From Callorhinchus milii (taxonomy: Eukaryota): 64,000 bases of DNA. The notes under the pieces are model-generated. The model was not told the DNA's origin. It did no database searches and saw nothing but the letters and a program-made list of their open reading frames with translations. Of the stretch, positions 37,371 through 51,529 are shown piece by piece; the first letter of the stretch is position 1, and each line of letters begins with the position of its first letter. Where the stretch lies: contig NW_024704742.1 in assembly GCF_018977255.1 (NCBI RefSeq), positions 15,502,001 through 15,566,000 of the forward strand. Direction: 5' to 3'. A program made the position numbers and the translations under genes.

Positions 37371-37706
37371 GGAGTCCTGTAGCTTGGTGGTTAGAGCGCT
37401 CGCCTCACAAGTGAGAGGACCTGGATTTGATTCCCGGCAGGGCGAGTTTCCTTACTCCACATGTTTACCTAGCAGTAAGTAAGGACCCAGTTGTTAGTCG
37501 ATTGGCAGATAGCTTTTCCAGGAGTTATAATCCCTTAAAAAAGAAAAATTTTGTCATTGAATCCACGACTGCCACATTCCGCCCACAAAATATAGTCAAT
37601 TCACTTTATAGTATATTCTATAAAGACGTCTTTGAGCTTTGCGCTTTGAGACGTCTCGAAGATGTGATAAGGCGCTATATCAAATGCAAAGATTGTTATC
37701 ATTATT
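37371..37706 (+). mobile_element. tRNA-derived SINE, long variant
   Basis: GGAGTCCTGTAGCT head, body and L2-like tail. Confidence 0.85.
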
Positions 37707-40700
37707 TAAGTCCCCACCTGATACAGTAAATCTTGTAAAGCAATTTGAGATATTTCAATGACATGATAAGGCGTGACATCAAAGCAAGGCATTATTATTT
37801 ATTTATGTTGGTTCCCACCATTAGCGGGCGAGCTTTCAGCCAGTCTGCCCCTACACTCTGGAACTCCATCTCGGAGTCTCTCTGCTTTACCTGTTCCCTC
37901 CCCAACTTCAAAGCACACCTGAAAATCTAAAAGAAAGACACCAATCTGGTGCATAAATGTAAATTATAATTGTAAGATTTTAAAAGCTGTTCAGACATTT
38001 CCAAATTGTGGTTTGTGGCTTAAAAAAAAGGAATTTAATTTAATTTCCTGTTGATTAAAATAGATTAGATTTCAATAATTGAGGCCATTATTCACAGTTT
38101 CATTTAATTGCAACATATAGCTTTCAGATTTTGGATGTATGGATAAATACAGAACATACAGAACATATTGTACAAGTCTGTTTTTAATACAGATGTTCCT
38201 TCGGACCCACAAGAACAGTTGCCGTCTTCTCTAAATGTTTGTCTACAAATATGCAATCACCAAACTTTATAGTAAATCCTGTAAAGCGCTTTGAGATATT
38301 TCAATGAGGTGCTACATCAAAGCAAGAAACTATTATTTATTTATGCTGGTTCATGAATTAGGTTTGATGGTTCCTTCCTCCCATGTTTATGAATACACTT
38401 GGAATCAGGATGGTTGAGTGAGTTTAATAGTATTTCTGATGAATTCCTCAAAAGAAACGAATAGTTCTGTGACCAGGAGCTAATTGAAGTTTAATTTCCA
38501 AGGTCCTCTCAACCATGTTTCATCCATTCACCCACACCCACAGTATATTATGTGAAGCACTTTGAGACCTTCTTCCAAAATGAAAAATGCTACATTAAAT
38601 GTAAGGATTATTATTTTGGAGGGAAATAGTATCATTCTCAGCTATACTCACTAGAGGGTGCTGTCCACACTCATAGTCCAGATGCAAAGGAACCACAAGG
38701 TCACAAGATCGGTTGATGTAAAGAAGGCCCTTCGGTCCATCTGATCTTACCCCTTCAGAATGCTCTAACATCCTACCATTCTATTATCACAGTATCAAGC
38801 TTCTTTTAAATTACTCCAGTGTCCTGGCCTCAACCACCCTTCAGCAAGCAGTCGCCACTTCCTACATAAAAGAAATAAGAATACATTTATACATCAGATT
38901 CTCTCAGGCATGGAGAGTTCAAATTTTCAAATTTGGTGCAAAGTTACAGCCTTCTTTGTTTTAGTAAAAAAACTCATTATCTTAAATAGTTTAGATGAGA
39001 CATTAAACCAAAGTCCCCTCTGCCTGTTGAAATGGATGTTAAATATCCAATGGCACTATTCAAAAAGAGAAGGAATTTCTCCCAGTGTTTGGGCCAACAA
39101 TCTCCCAATAAAATTGTTAATTCACTTCATGGCTTTTTGTGGATCAATGCTGTAGACAGATTGTCTACAATACAAAATCACTACACTTTACAGTATATCC
39201 TATGAAGTGTTCTGAGACATCTTCCTGATGTGAAAAGTATACATCCTATGTTTTGAAAATGTTGAGCAACATTTAATGGGACTTAGACATCTCGATTTTA
39301 CTGCCTTCAACCCTGCCAGAGTGGCAGAGCACTAAACTGTGACACGGCTGGAAAGAAAACGAAATAGAATGGGACAGGTAGTTAAAATTGTCATGAGCGA
39401 ATTGTAGCACAGAGGGTTACTCTGCCAACATTGCAAAAATTAAAGTCGACAAATTATCAAGAAGTCCAGTTTTCAATGTTATGAATTTCTGATTTCACCG
39501 ATCTCAAAAAACGACGGTGACAAGCAAATTATTCATTTTCTATGTCTTCAGGGTAAACAAAATCATTCACAGGAATGAAACCAGAGACTGTTGTCTGGGG
39601 AATATATTTCTTAGCAAAAAACTTGAAAAGCAATTGCGGAGGGACAATGATTCCATTTAGTTCCTTTTAAAATTTCACCCACAATTTTGTTTATTACATT
39701 TTAAAATAGTTCAATAACATCACTGTGGTTTATGAAAAGGTCTTGCTTGAAACTTTAGAGAAATCAATTAAAGATATACCGTAATTTCTCAATGATGGTA
39801 TCAGAAGGCAATGTTAGTCTTCTGGTTGTGACATATACACCCAAGTATGATAGATCCTGCCACTATCTTTAGCTTAATCAGCTTGTGCTTTCATGTTTAT
39901 ACTCATATATGGCTGTAATTAACAATTTGGCAGCAAAAATATATTTGAAGGTGTTCAAAAAATTATAGCACACCAGATGTGCTATGACCAAATATAGTAT
40001 TAAGCCATAATGTGAGTTTACAAGGAAATACTTCAAATGTAAAGTGCTAGTTTTGCAAAAGATGTAGTTTCAGGTTTCCATTCCCACTGTCTATCCTTGC
40101 CATAAAATCAATGTTCTCCAGAAAGGAGTCTTTAATATCTGTGACTTAGGTTTTTATATTATGTATGTATTGACTTAAAAAGTACAACTTGTAATATTAT
40201 CAAAAGAAAAGTTCATGCACTTCATGCATTTCAAAGAAGGTGAATGTTAAAGATTCTATGGTACTATTTGAAAACAGAAGAAAGTTTCTTCCAGTGTCCT
40301 GGCCAATCCTCCAGATAAAACTGATTATCCATTTTATGGCTGTTAGTTGGCATTGCTGTGCACAAATTAGCAGCGACATTCCCATATACCAGCGCTACCC
40401 AATCTTTTTGGTCGGACAACAAAATAATTTTTTCTTGATTTATGCTATAAATCAAGGAATATTCAATATAGAAAAACCAGGAAACATATTACCGATTGAA
40501 CACTGACTTATCTGGACTAGTAATATTCGGGGTGTGGGAGTGGGAGGCGCTTCTTGATTGTAGCCGACATAGTCACTACACTTTACAGAAACTCTGCAAA
40601 GCACCTGCAGGCTTTCTCAACGATGTAAGTGCAATATCAAATACGTGGATTATTATTTTAATTATTAACAGATGGGCTGAGAAACAGAATAGGAAGTGAT

Positions 40701-41658
40701 GCCCAACTCCTCTGTTCACCTTGAAGGTCCCCCTCCCTCCCTTTTTCCTTCCTTCCCTCCCTCGTTCCCTTGCAGTAGAGTAATTTAAACTTGAAGTATG
40801 GGAAAATATGTTTCTTTTAGCTGTTAAATGTTATATTCCTACTCCTATAGTATTGTATTGCACTAACTTTTATTTACAGATAAACACCTGCTAAATGTCC
40901 ATTGAATCAAATATTCAAATCGTTCTACATTTTTTTTTTATCATTTAGGTTAATTTTCATGAATTGGAAAACCTTATTAATCCATGTATATTTACCTTTT
41001 AGCATTGTAATTTATTCCGTCAAAAATATGTAGTTTGGAAACAAATCTGAAAAATTATTGTCAATTGTTTTGCGTGAAAATATTTTTGAGCATTTAAATG
41101 TCATGAACTATAATGAAAATGAATAATCAGTAATGTAATCCCCAAAGCAAAAAGTATTTTTTTTTGTTTCACAATCGTTCAGTTGATGTTAATGAAAATG
41201 TGAAAAGATTTTTAGGATGCTCAGATCATGAAAAAAAGAAAAAAAAACTCCTCAAAATGCCTAAATTGTTAATAATCTGAATTCCTTAGTGGAAAAGAAA
41301 TTACCATGAGATAAACCCATTCAGCTGAATTCCAAGTGGTACTTGATATACCCACAAAATAGGAACCAAATAAATTTTATCTACAGCAGTCTGCAGAGAA
41401 GGAAAGTGAAGAGCCAAGGTGAATAGAATGGCTATGGTACCATTTCTGATCCTACTTCTGAGTCCAACTGTTCTCCAAGATACACAAACCACTCTCTGCT
41501 AACACTATCAGTTACCATTAAAACATTTTAAACTAAAAGCAAAATGAATCTTTGTGGTCTTTAAAATAATAAACAAGATAGATAGGAAGCACCTATTCAT
41601 TCAAACAGGACAACCTAGAATAAAACAGTAATCATATTAGAATGAGATTGGTTGAAAT

Positions 41659-42520
41659 AAGAATATTCCAGAGGACATTTCTTTATGCAGATGGCTGTGA
41701 GAATATTGAATGTATTCTCCATAGATGGAGATGGGGTTTAAGAGTGAGATGCAGAGGTTCCAGGGATATAAGATTATCAAGGGATACAGAAGAAATGTAG
41801 GGAAATGGGATTGGAAAGATAAAGTGCTGCCATGAACTCATGAAATAGCAGAGAGTGAGGGATGAATAACTGGCTTCCTCCTCTTCCTATGTTCCTTAAA
41901 GAGTTCTCATTGAACTATAATCAATCTGCTGAAATGTTTAAAAAAGAAAATATTGGAAATTCACAACTAAACTTTGTTGGCATATTGAAGAGGTAGATTT
42001 CTAGGCAGCTATGAAAGGCCAATAGAAAGGGGGAAAAACAAATGTGTAGGGCGTTCATGCTTTAGCTGTACCTCAGTAAACACTTGCAGAAATGTTTAGT
42101 TGCTTCCAAGGAACAATTATTTACTTGTTGGTAACTTTGTGATCGTTTCCAGAAATGTGAATTATTCTTCACTTCCTGATAAACTTACAAACAGGGAAGA
42201 AGAGAATATACACGACAGTCTGATTCCAGTATCAATTTTTCCTTCATTTAGCTCAAAACAAAAACTGCTGTACACATTTGTAAAGCTTTAAATCTTTGGA
42301 AACATTCAAAACATCTTATTCTTCGAAAGAATTTGATGTCACAGCAAAAGATGATTCCAATGCCGAACTTTCCTAAGGAAATTGCAGTTGATTTTGCTCA
42401 ATTCTTTCCATTCATGGGGAACTAAATCAGGAATACATGTTGACACCGAAAAATAAATCTAAACTGACCTGAGTAAAACAAATTCAGTTTAATTTTGAGT
42501 GCTCAGATAGCTTTTCCTGA
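41659..42520 (+). repeat. ~860-bp segment duplicated at 48044-48424 + 51530-52059
   Basis: TAAGAATATTCCAGAGGACATTTCTTTATG starts both copies. They are collinear through CTTTTCCTGAC, and the second is split by the L2. Confidence 0.85.
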
Positions 42521-43681
42521 CTACCAGACACTCAGTGCTTTCTTTTCTTCACAGTTCTTTGATTTGCATTTACTAAGTCTTTACTCTAAGTCTGGCTAAT
42601 CATGTTTTCTTGTGACCATTTCCTTGTGATTCTTGTACTGTGCATCAATGAAAAGGTTCTAATTTACATATTCAAAGGAACCCTTTGATAAGACCCCCAC
42701 CACTCCTGAATTATAGCCCTGTTGCACTTATGGCACTGCTGTCTATGTGGCTTCCAACACTGTATAACTGGCTCGAAAATTGTTCGTCATCGGGTTCCCA
42801 TCGTACTTCCCTACTTGCCATTACACGCAGGAAATCCCACTAACATCACTTTCCACACACATGAGTTATGGATGGGATATGGCACTGACATCACTTCATG
42901 AAGGAACAAACCTGTGACTAAAATAAATCTTTAAGCTGTTATGGCTCCAAATTGTGTTTCAATAAGAAATGGGTAAACATATCTGCTTAAAGCCCAATGT
43001 TAACTGGGTGAAGAAAATAATTGGAAAGCAAGGTATGTATTTTGTCAAAATTCATTTTTCTTTTATAGTTCAAAACCTTAATTATTTGTTCTGACAAGGG
43101 GCCTTCACTCCATTACAAACTGTAACACAGACCTGCCCAGGTTGCAGATTAGTCAGCAACTGCACCCATTCATTTACTAATGATCAGCTAAGTTGCAAAC
43201 CATCGAGCTCTCTTTATAAAATCTCAACCAACTTCTCTGATTTTACAGTCCTTCTGCCACAGTTGGTGCAATTTGTATATTTAACTATGTTGTGCTGATT
43301 CTTACAAATCCCAATCATTTATTTCCAGAAACATGAGGGATGCCAGGTTGGAATCACCCTACTCAAGTCTTCCCCTTCTCCATTATGCCCTAGTTCCCCT
43401 TACAATTTCCTTTTTGCTTCCATCTGTTTATCTAATTATAAATCCACATATATATCTTAACCTTGAGTCCCAGTAACACGCGAGGGTAAAGAAGTTTCTT
43501 GTAATGGTTTATCAAAACCCTTTTAGAAGTCTAATACACTGTGTTATTTCCTACTGTCAGAATACAAATTGTTAAGACAATTTCTGTTCTTCAGAAGAAT
43601 TTATTGTTTCGCTCTTGTTGTTTGCAATTTAAAAATGGTATTGAAAAATTATAACCAGAAAAATACTTCCGGATTCCCCAA

Positions 43682-43878
43682 GACAGTAGACCAAGAGGAC
43701 ATAAGTTAGAGTTGCAAACGACAATTTCATGGCAGCAGGAAGTTTTTCTTCACTCGGAGGGTAAATAACAACTTGAACAGGTTTCTTGATGGAGGGAATG
43801 GAAGGGTAAGTATACTGGGCAGATGAGATCAGATACGCAAAAAGGTCATCTTCCCCAAAACTAATCTCTTGATCTTGT
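43682..43878 (+). mobile_element. CR1 3' fragment adjacent to the second solo LTR
   Basis: AGACCAAGAGGACAT..AGAGTTGCAAA..TTTTTCTTCACTCGGAGGG. Confidence 0.6.
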
Positions 43879-44457
43879 TGTAAGGAAACTTCTACTCTTT
43901 AATTAATGATAAAATAATGTGCTCAATTTGGATGTTAAACAATTATTTCCTTTATTACAGTTCACCACTCAATAGTTATACATACAGCATATAACCACTA
44001 TAACTAGACACAATATTTCCAACCAGGTTTCAAAGAATAAAGTAGTGATCAGTTTCCCATCTCTGGGAGGGTAACAGACAGCTGTGAGTCGGTCAGATCT
44101 GCATCTCACCGATACGGAATAAACTACCTTTATTAAACCTAAAAATCTAACCTTTACTTGCAAGAAATTGTGTGCGGAGAGCTCATCTGTCCAAGTACTT
44201 ATTTTGTTCGAGCTTGATAGGGTGTGCATCAGGATATTCTAATTGCATAATGTTGCACAGTTCCATTGATTCTTATACATATAACAAGTTGGGGCAAGGA
44301 TGGGCAACAAGGAAACGGTATTTGTGAGATAAACCAAATGGTCTTGAAGATAAACCAAATTGCCTCAAAGATCGGTTAGCTTCCAATAACAAGCGATCAC
44401 CTAATGATCCCTAATGTATCTTAGTTCCACAGATTTAGCATTAATTCTATCCTTACA
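43879..44457 (-). mobile_element. Solo LTR (579 bp), related family
   Basis: TGTAAGGA...TCCTTACA termini; perfect 4-bp TSD TTGT (43875-43878 and 44458-44461); AATAAA on the minus strand near 43950. Confidence 0.82.
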
Positions 44458-45777
44458 TTGTGATGTCTCTGTTGTCTCTTTGTCCACAATTCAGAATGTG
44501 TGTCAGTAAAACACTCACCACACAACCCTTAGCCTAAGCTTGTGTCACAGACCAACGATAACTAGTGTTCATTATTCACAGGCCAACTTTCACAGATTCT
44601 AAATGGGTCACTAATATGGCTCATGTGCTTGTTCCTATGGTTTTCCAGATTTAGCACTTAATTTACTCCATTTTAAATTCTCTCACTTTATTTAGGTTTT
44701 CTGAATAATGAGCTCCATATTAATAATTATCTGGAGCATCCCTTGAGCCAATTAATACATAAATGCTGTAATAATTTTTTTTTCGACACAAACAATAAAA
44801 CAGAAGATTGCTTGTGCATTGCATTTTATGCTATTTTTTCTGCGTTGTGTTTCTAGTTTATTGGATCATGTTCGCTCAAAATCCACTTAATTTTAGCTTT
44901 AAGACTATTGCTTTAAATAAAATATTGATGCTCCCTCAGAGATCCAGCGCTTAGCCTTACAAATCACAAAATTGCAGGTTATCCTCCAAATCTGTGTTTT
45001 GTTAGCAGATCTCACTGATATCATCAGCTGAGGTGCTACAATTGGCATCGGTGCCCTCTGAGTTAATGGAAAGGAACATTTAGCCAGGGTTGTTACCGGA
45101 ATGCCTGTGTGTGTGAACATTGAATGAGGGCAGCATCACACTCGGCTGTGAAGTCCCATAATCGAATGGCTTGCTGGTAACTGCTTATGTGGATTCATAC
45201 ATGAAGAATGTCAACTTGGTTAAGCTACCAACACACAACTGGAGCCTATGAAACCTTGGCCCGGTATGAGTCAGCACCTAATTATGAGTAGGAAGAGAAT
45301 AAATTGGGTCAAAAAATAGCTGACTACTCGGGGAATACAGTAGCTCTTTGTTCCATAACTCTGGTGCTGCAGTGCTGTGTCAAGGCTGTGGTTTACCCAG
45401 CGTCGGAAAACATTAAGGACCATTTAGATTTTGTCTTGTGGCATTGATTTTAGATTCAGTGGTTTCTGGCTAAAATTCACATATATTTTGCACAGCAACA
45501 GAACAAAAATGAGTAGAGTTTGACCGTGTTGAAGACACTCCATCTTTCCTTTCCAATCCAAAACTACTAGCTTCTCCGAACGCGGATCTAATTCTTGTGT
45601 TTGAAACTTATGGTGAACTGTATTCATAGGTGGTGTTTATGAGTTACAACATCCAGCTCAAACTATAGCTGCATGAATTCAATGGCACGCGCTGGGTATG
45701 CCACGTAGTAAGACAGGATGTGGTCTCCAGCTGTATCTGCAGTTCTGCACAGACTGAGATATTGATCTTAGATCAAT

Positions 45778-46100
45778 GGAGTCCTGTAGCTCAGTGGTTG
45801 GAGCACTCGTTTTGCAAGCGAGACACCTGGGTTCAATTCCAGGCAGGGTGAAACCTTGGGCAAGTTTCTTTACTCCACACGCCCAATAATAATCCCTCCA
45901 AAAAACAAAACAATAATAAATTGGTCATTTTCAATCCACAACTACTTGTGGGACACTCACTGCTGTGTGCAATTGGCTGCCGCATTTTGCCCACAAATAT
46001 TACAGTCAATTCACTTTACAGCATATTCTGTAAAGTGCTTTGAGACGTCCAGAAGACGTGAAAAGCACTATATTAAATGCAAGGATTATTATTATTATTA
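45778..46100 (+). mobile_element. tRNA-derived SINE, short variant
   Basis: A box TAGCTCAGTGG, B box GGTTCAATTCC, (ATT)n tail. Confidence 0.88.
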
Positions 46101-46724
46101 TAGATCACAGTGGGAGGAAAGTTGCGAAGTGGGGAAAGAGTCATCCAAAAGATATATCGTTCAGATAATACATTAGACCACATTCCCATGTGCCTGGTCA
46201 GGTGGACATTATTTGAACAGAGAAGGGACACCAGAGAAGGGCCAATAAACACCCCCAAATAAAATTGGTCATTCATATCAAGGCTGTTTGTGCGACCTTG
46301 TGTGCAAATTCTCTGCCATGTTCACTCACAAAATCCAGTTATTGCACTTTAGTGTACCTGTGAGGCGCTTTGGGACAGCATCCTGATGTGAAAGGCGACA
46401 AATGTAAAGGTTATTATTATTTAAGATGGCAAATCAGAGGAAGAATCACCCTGAAAGTCCCTGTCGTGAACCTCTAACTAAGGAGCTCATCTAAGAATGG
46501 TTCATTCTACTCTGAGGTGATACAAAGAAGACCAAATATGAATCAGAATTTGCCGTTGAGGTGATGGGGTGGGCCAGAACTCTATGAGTTGAAGTTCAAA
46601 GCCCTGCAATCTCCCAATGTAGGTTGACACTTCAGTGCAGTGTTGGGGGAGCTCTGCATTGTTGTTCAGAGGGGATGTTAAAATAGGGACATCCTCCTGA
46701 TGTGAAAGGCACTATACAAATGTA

Positions 46725-47168
46725 ATTTATTGTTGTTATTGTTGTTGCTGTTCAGTTGGGTATTAAGTAGTCCATGACACTTCACAGCATTCACTTTATT
46801 GTACTTTACTGCAAAGTATAGTGACTGTGTAACTTGTAGACAAATGTGGCAGCCTATTTGGGTACAGCAATGTTGCACAACCAGCCATGAAGAAAATGAA
46901 TAATTTAATCTGGGGGATTGTTGGCCGGGAAACTCCCTTTTCTTTTTGAGAAGTGACATGCAATCCTTAACCTCTACTTGCACAGGCAAATGGGACCTCA
47001 ATTAAACATCTCATCCAAAAGACAACACCTGTGACAGCCCAGTCGACCCCTAGCAATGCACTGCAGTATCAGCCTAGACGATCTGATTACAAAGTACCAA
47101 AGTGGAGCTTGAACCTATAAACTTCTACTTCAGAGGTGAGACTGATACCAACTGAGCTAGGCTGACAC
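46725..47168 (-). mobile_element. Older DeuSINE-type SINE
   Basis: Reverse head, core and partial tail. Confidence 0.65.
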
Positions 47169-48424
47169 ATTCTTGAAAAAGATGAGGGAGATTCTTCTGT
47201 TGTTTAGGCCAACCGTCCTCCAGATAAATTGATCATTCACACATTGGCTACTTGCAGAATATTTCTGGGTGCAAATTGGGACACTCATTTGTCTACAAAA
47301 TAAAGTCACTACACTTGACAATAATCAACTATGATTCTATTATGGCAGGTTTCAAGCAGAAAGTGAAGATGATGGATATCTCCTCTGAATTGGAGGGAAT
47401 ATTTTGGGGGAAGGGTTCCTTTAAGGCATCATTTTTGATCTGCTTTGGATTTACTTCCTTGATATGACTGGGTAGGAAACAAAAATCAGTGCAACCAAAT
47501 AGTGTGGTTGTCATAAAAGGCTCAGTCCAAAATCAATAAGAAATGTTAATTGCACACTTTGCTGTGAATATTGGCTCCCACGTTTACCTACAAAGAAACA
47601 CAGGCACTTACACTGTACTTTACTGTGTTGCTCACCAGGAAGCTTGCAGGGAGTTCCTGGTAGCTACCATCCACCTATTGAGGACTCAAGCCGGAATGTC
47701 AGATGTCTGATGATCAACTAGTGACTATCCTCCTTCAGTGGGAGGTAAGTGGGGTCTCTTTGGAGCTGAACTAGCTCCAAAGTGACATGTTTGGCAAAAT
47801 AATGTCAGAATCGAGCCAGCCCTCTGTGGCGGTCTCTGTAGTCCGGTTCCTAAGCCAAACAGGTCTGCAGTATTCCAGGGCACTGCCGATGACAGCACAG
47901 CTAGCCTGGCTCATTCGCAGGATCTGGAATGGCAGACCAGTCACTGAGGGCAGAGAATCCTCCCATTCAGCTCCTGTTAACCTGTTAATAGAATTCTCAG
48001 TTTGGTTTGGATACTCTTAAGCATGGTGATGGGCTTCCACACGTAAGAATATTCCAGAGGACATTTCTTTATGTAGTTGGTTGTAAGAATATTGAATGTA
48101 TTCTCCAGAGTGCTACATAGATGGAAATGGGGTTTAAGAGTGAGCGGCAGAGATTGCAGGGATGTAAGATTATCAAGGAATACAGAAGAAATGTAGGGAA
48201 ATTGGATTGGAAAGATAAAGAACTGCCATTAACTCATGAAATGGCAGAGCGTCAGGGATGAATAACTGGCTTCCTCCTCTTCCTATGTTCCTTAGTTCCC
48301 ATTGAATTATAATCAATTTGCTGAAATTTAATCCCCCCCCCACCCCCCAGAAAATATTGAAATGAAATAAATATATAATTCAGGACTGAACCTGACATGC
48401 CTAAACATTTGTTGGCACATTGAA

Positions 48425-51400
48425 CAACAACAACAACAACAAGATTCCATTTATAAAGCGTCTTTCACGTCAGGAGGACGTCCCAAGGCGCTGCACAGTT
48501 GGGTCATGACACGAGCAGGGGGGAAATGGTCAGGGTGAGGGGAGGGAAGGGAGGGAGCGAGGAGGGGGGAAATGGTCAGGGTGAGGGGAGGGAAGGGAGG
48601 GAGCGAGGAGGGGAAGAGAGTCGAGAGGGGAGCTGAAGGCACGGTCAAAGAGAAAGGTTTTGAGACCGGCCTTGAAGGAGGAAAGGGAGGAAGCAAGGCG
48701 AAGGCACTGGGGGATGGAGTTCCAGAGCCTGGGGGCTGAGAGGCTGAAGGCCCGACCACCGATGGTAGGGCGGTTGGGGCGGGGGACGTGGAGCAGACCG
48801 GAGCCAGAGGAACGGAGGGTACGGGCAGGTAGGTAGGGGGATAGTAGGTTGGAGAGGTAGGAGGGAGCAAGACCGTGAATGGCCTTGTAGGTGAGGATGA
48901 GGATCTTGAAATCAATCCTCTGGGGGATGGGGAGCCAGTGGAGGCGATGTGGTCCCGAAGCCTGGTGCGGGACAGTACACGAGCTGCAGAGGTCTGAATG
49001 ACCTGCAGCTTGTGGAGGGAGGTGGCGGGAAGGCCGGCGAGGAGAGAGTTCCCGTAGACCAGCCTTGAGGTGACAAAGGCGTGAACCAGGGTTTCAGCAG
49101 CGTGAGGGGTGAGGTAATGCCGTAGTCTGGCGATGTTCCGGAGGTGATGGAAGGCGGTGCCAGTTGTGGTGCGGATGTGAGGGAGAAAGGACAGCTCAGG
49201 GTCGAACAAAACGCCGAGGTTCCTGACTGGCTTTGAGAGGTGGAGAGTGCAGCCTTGGATGCTGATGGTGTCAGCGCCTGAGGTGCGGAGGCGCTGACGT
49301 GAGCCAATCAGGAGGGCCTCGGTTTTTCGCACGTTGAGCTGAAGAAAGTTGTCTCTCGTCCAGGACTCGATGTCGGACAGGCAGGCTGTCAGGACATCGG
49401 TGGTCGTGGAGTTGAGAGTAGAGGAGGAAAGGTAGAGTTGGGTGTCATCCGCATACATGTGGAAGTTAACTCCATGTCTGCGGATGATGTCACCGAGGGG
49501 GAGCATATAGAGGGTGAAGAGGAGGGGACCGAGGACAGAGCCCTGAGGGACACCACATGAGACAGTACGGGGGGTGGAGGAGAAGCCATTCGTCGAGACA
49601 AAGTGAAGACGGTGAGAAAGGTACGACCTAAACCATTCAAGGACAGTGCCTTGAAGGTTGAGGTGGGAGGACAAGCGGTGGAGTAGGATAGCGTGGTCGA
49701 CCGTATCGAATGCTGCCGATAGGTCGAGGAGGACGAGGAGACAGAGGGAGCCCTGGTCACAGATGGTCAGGATATCATTGGTGACCTTGACCAGGGCAGT
49801 TTCTGTGCTATGGGCAGCACGGAAACCTGACTGAAGGGGTTCGAAAAGAGAATGGGTGGAAAGGAAAGAGCGCAGTTGGGAGGCGACAACTCTTTCCAAG
49901 ACCTTGGAGAGAAAGGGGAGGTTGGAGATGGGCCGGTAGCTTGATAGCTGCGACGCATCAAGGGAGGGTTTTTTCAGGGTGGGCGTGATGATGGCAGTTT
50001 TTAATGGAATGGGGACAGAGCCAGAGGAGAGGGACAGGTTGATGATGTCAGTGATATGTGGGGCAAGAAAGTGGAGCTGGGAGATAAGGAGTGGAGTGGG
50101 GATGGGGTCAAGGGAGCAGGTGGTTGGTTTTAGGGATAGGATGAGTTCAGTGACAGAGGGTGGGGAAACGGGTACGAAGGTGTGTAGGGGAGGATGGGTA
50201 GGAGTCGGAGTGTGGGAGGGAAGGGGTGGGTGGTGGGTGGAAGTTGGAGGGGAAGTGACCGCGGAGCGGATTCCCTTGATCTTGGATTCAAGGAAATCCA
50301 GCATCTCCTCGCAGTGAAGGTTGGAGGAGATGACCTGCGCGGGGTGGCGGGGGGGACGGAGGAGTCGGGTTGTGGTGGAAAACAGTAGCCTGGGGTTGTT
50401 CTTCGCCTCCAGGATTATCCTGGAGTAGAAGGACGACTTGGCCGAGGCTAGAGTGGAGCGGTAAATTTTGAGGAGGTCCAGCCAGATTTGTCGGTGGACC
50501 GTTAGGCCAGATTTGACACAGGTGCGTTCAGCAGCCCGCACCTGGCTTTTCAGTGAGCGGAGGTGGGTGGTGTACCAGGGGGAGGAGCGGGAGTAGGAGA
50601 CAGTGCGGGAAGTGATGGGGGCAAGAGTATCGAGTGTGGAGGAGAGGGTATTGTGGAGGAGGGAGAGAGGAGAAGAGGGGTCGGTGAGGGTTGAAGGCCA
50701 GAGGGAGAGGAGTTCAGAGGACTCCAAGGCATCGGTTAGGGATTGTGGGGGTAACTTCTTCCAAGGGCGGTAGAAGATGGTGGTGGGTCTGGTGGAGGTG
50801 GGGAGGGGGGTGGAGGTGGTGAAGGAGATGAAGTAGTGGTCAGAGATGGCCTTGTCGGTAATAGTGACATCCGAGACACTGAGGCCCCGGGTGATCACCA
50901 AATCGAGTGGGTGGCCGTGACTGTGAGTGGGGGAGTTTATGTGTAAGGAGAGGTTGAGTGAGGAGAGCAGGGAAGAGAAGTCTGTGGAGATGGAGCAGGA
51001 GGGGGTGAAGTGTAGGTTAAAGTCGCCCAGGATGATGAGGCGATCAGAGCAGAGGCAAAGAGATGTGAGGAGTGTTGAAATGTCAGAGATGAAGGTGGGA
51101 GAGGTTTTAGGGGGCCGGTAGAGGAGGAGGATTTTAAGGGAGAGGAATGAGGGGTGGGAGAGGGTGAGGTGCTCAAAGGAGGGGAAAGAGCCAGTGGAGT
51201 AGGGGGATAGGGCAAGTGGTGTCCTTGAGATAAGGGCAACACCACCGCCACGGCGGTTGGGGCGGGGGATGTGGTGGGAGGTGTAGCCGGGTGGCGTGGC
51301 CTCCGTGAGGGGGAAGGTGTCGCCTGGGGTGAGCCAGGTTTCTGTTAATGCCATGATATCAACGTTCTCATCAAGGATGAGATCGTTGATGACCAGGGCC

Positions 51401-51529
51401 TTGTTGCAGAGGGAGCGGACATTTTGCAGTCCGATGTGGAGGGAGCGGTTGACAGAAGGGTGTGTGGGAGGGGAGGGGGGTCCAGGTTGTGAGGCAGGGG
51501 TGGGGGGAATGGGGATGAGGGAGGAGAGG
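48425..51529 (-). mobile_element. Young 5'-truncated L2 (CR1/L2 group) LINE with nearly complete ORF2 (APE endonuclease + RT)
   Basis: ORF 48451-51354 extends upstream in frame ([18 protein letters not shown]). Endonuclease motifs: GGGVA, YRPP, LGDFN, SDH. RT motifs: [34 protein letters not shown]. (TTG)n 3' tail; TTGAA target duplication at 48420-48424 and 51530-51534. Confidence 0.95.
48451..51354 (-). pseudogene. L2 ORF2 with C-terminal frameshift
   Basis: Open for ~800 codons. A 16-bp deletion at 48947/48948, relative to the sibling copy at ~16967-16982, shifts the frame after RDHI. No ORF1 or 5' UTR is present. Confidence 0.85.

Noticed and set aside
41428..41502. Signal-peptide-like mini ORF MAMVPFLILLLSPTVLQDTQTTLC*
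   Set aside because: No splice donor before the stop and no downstream exon identified.
44990..45300. Segment reminiscent of an ancient SINE-like repeat
   Set aside because: I could not assign the family or boundaries reliably.
45778..45850. tRNA-like sequence with A and B boxes (and similar heads elsewhere)
   Set aside because: It continues into SINE body and tail, so these are SINE heads and not tRNA genes.
47758..47782. Perfect 10-bp hairpin CTTTGGAGCT/AGCTCCAAAG
   Set aside because: Isolated and compatible with chance in 64 kb.
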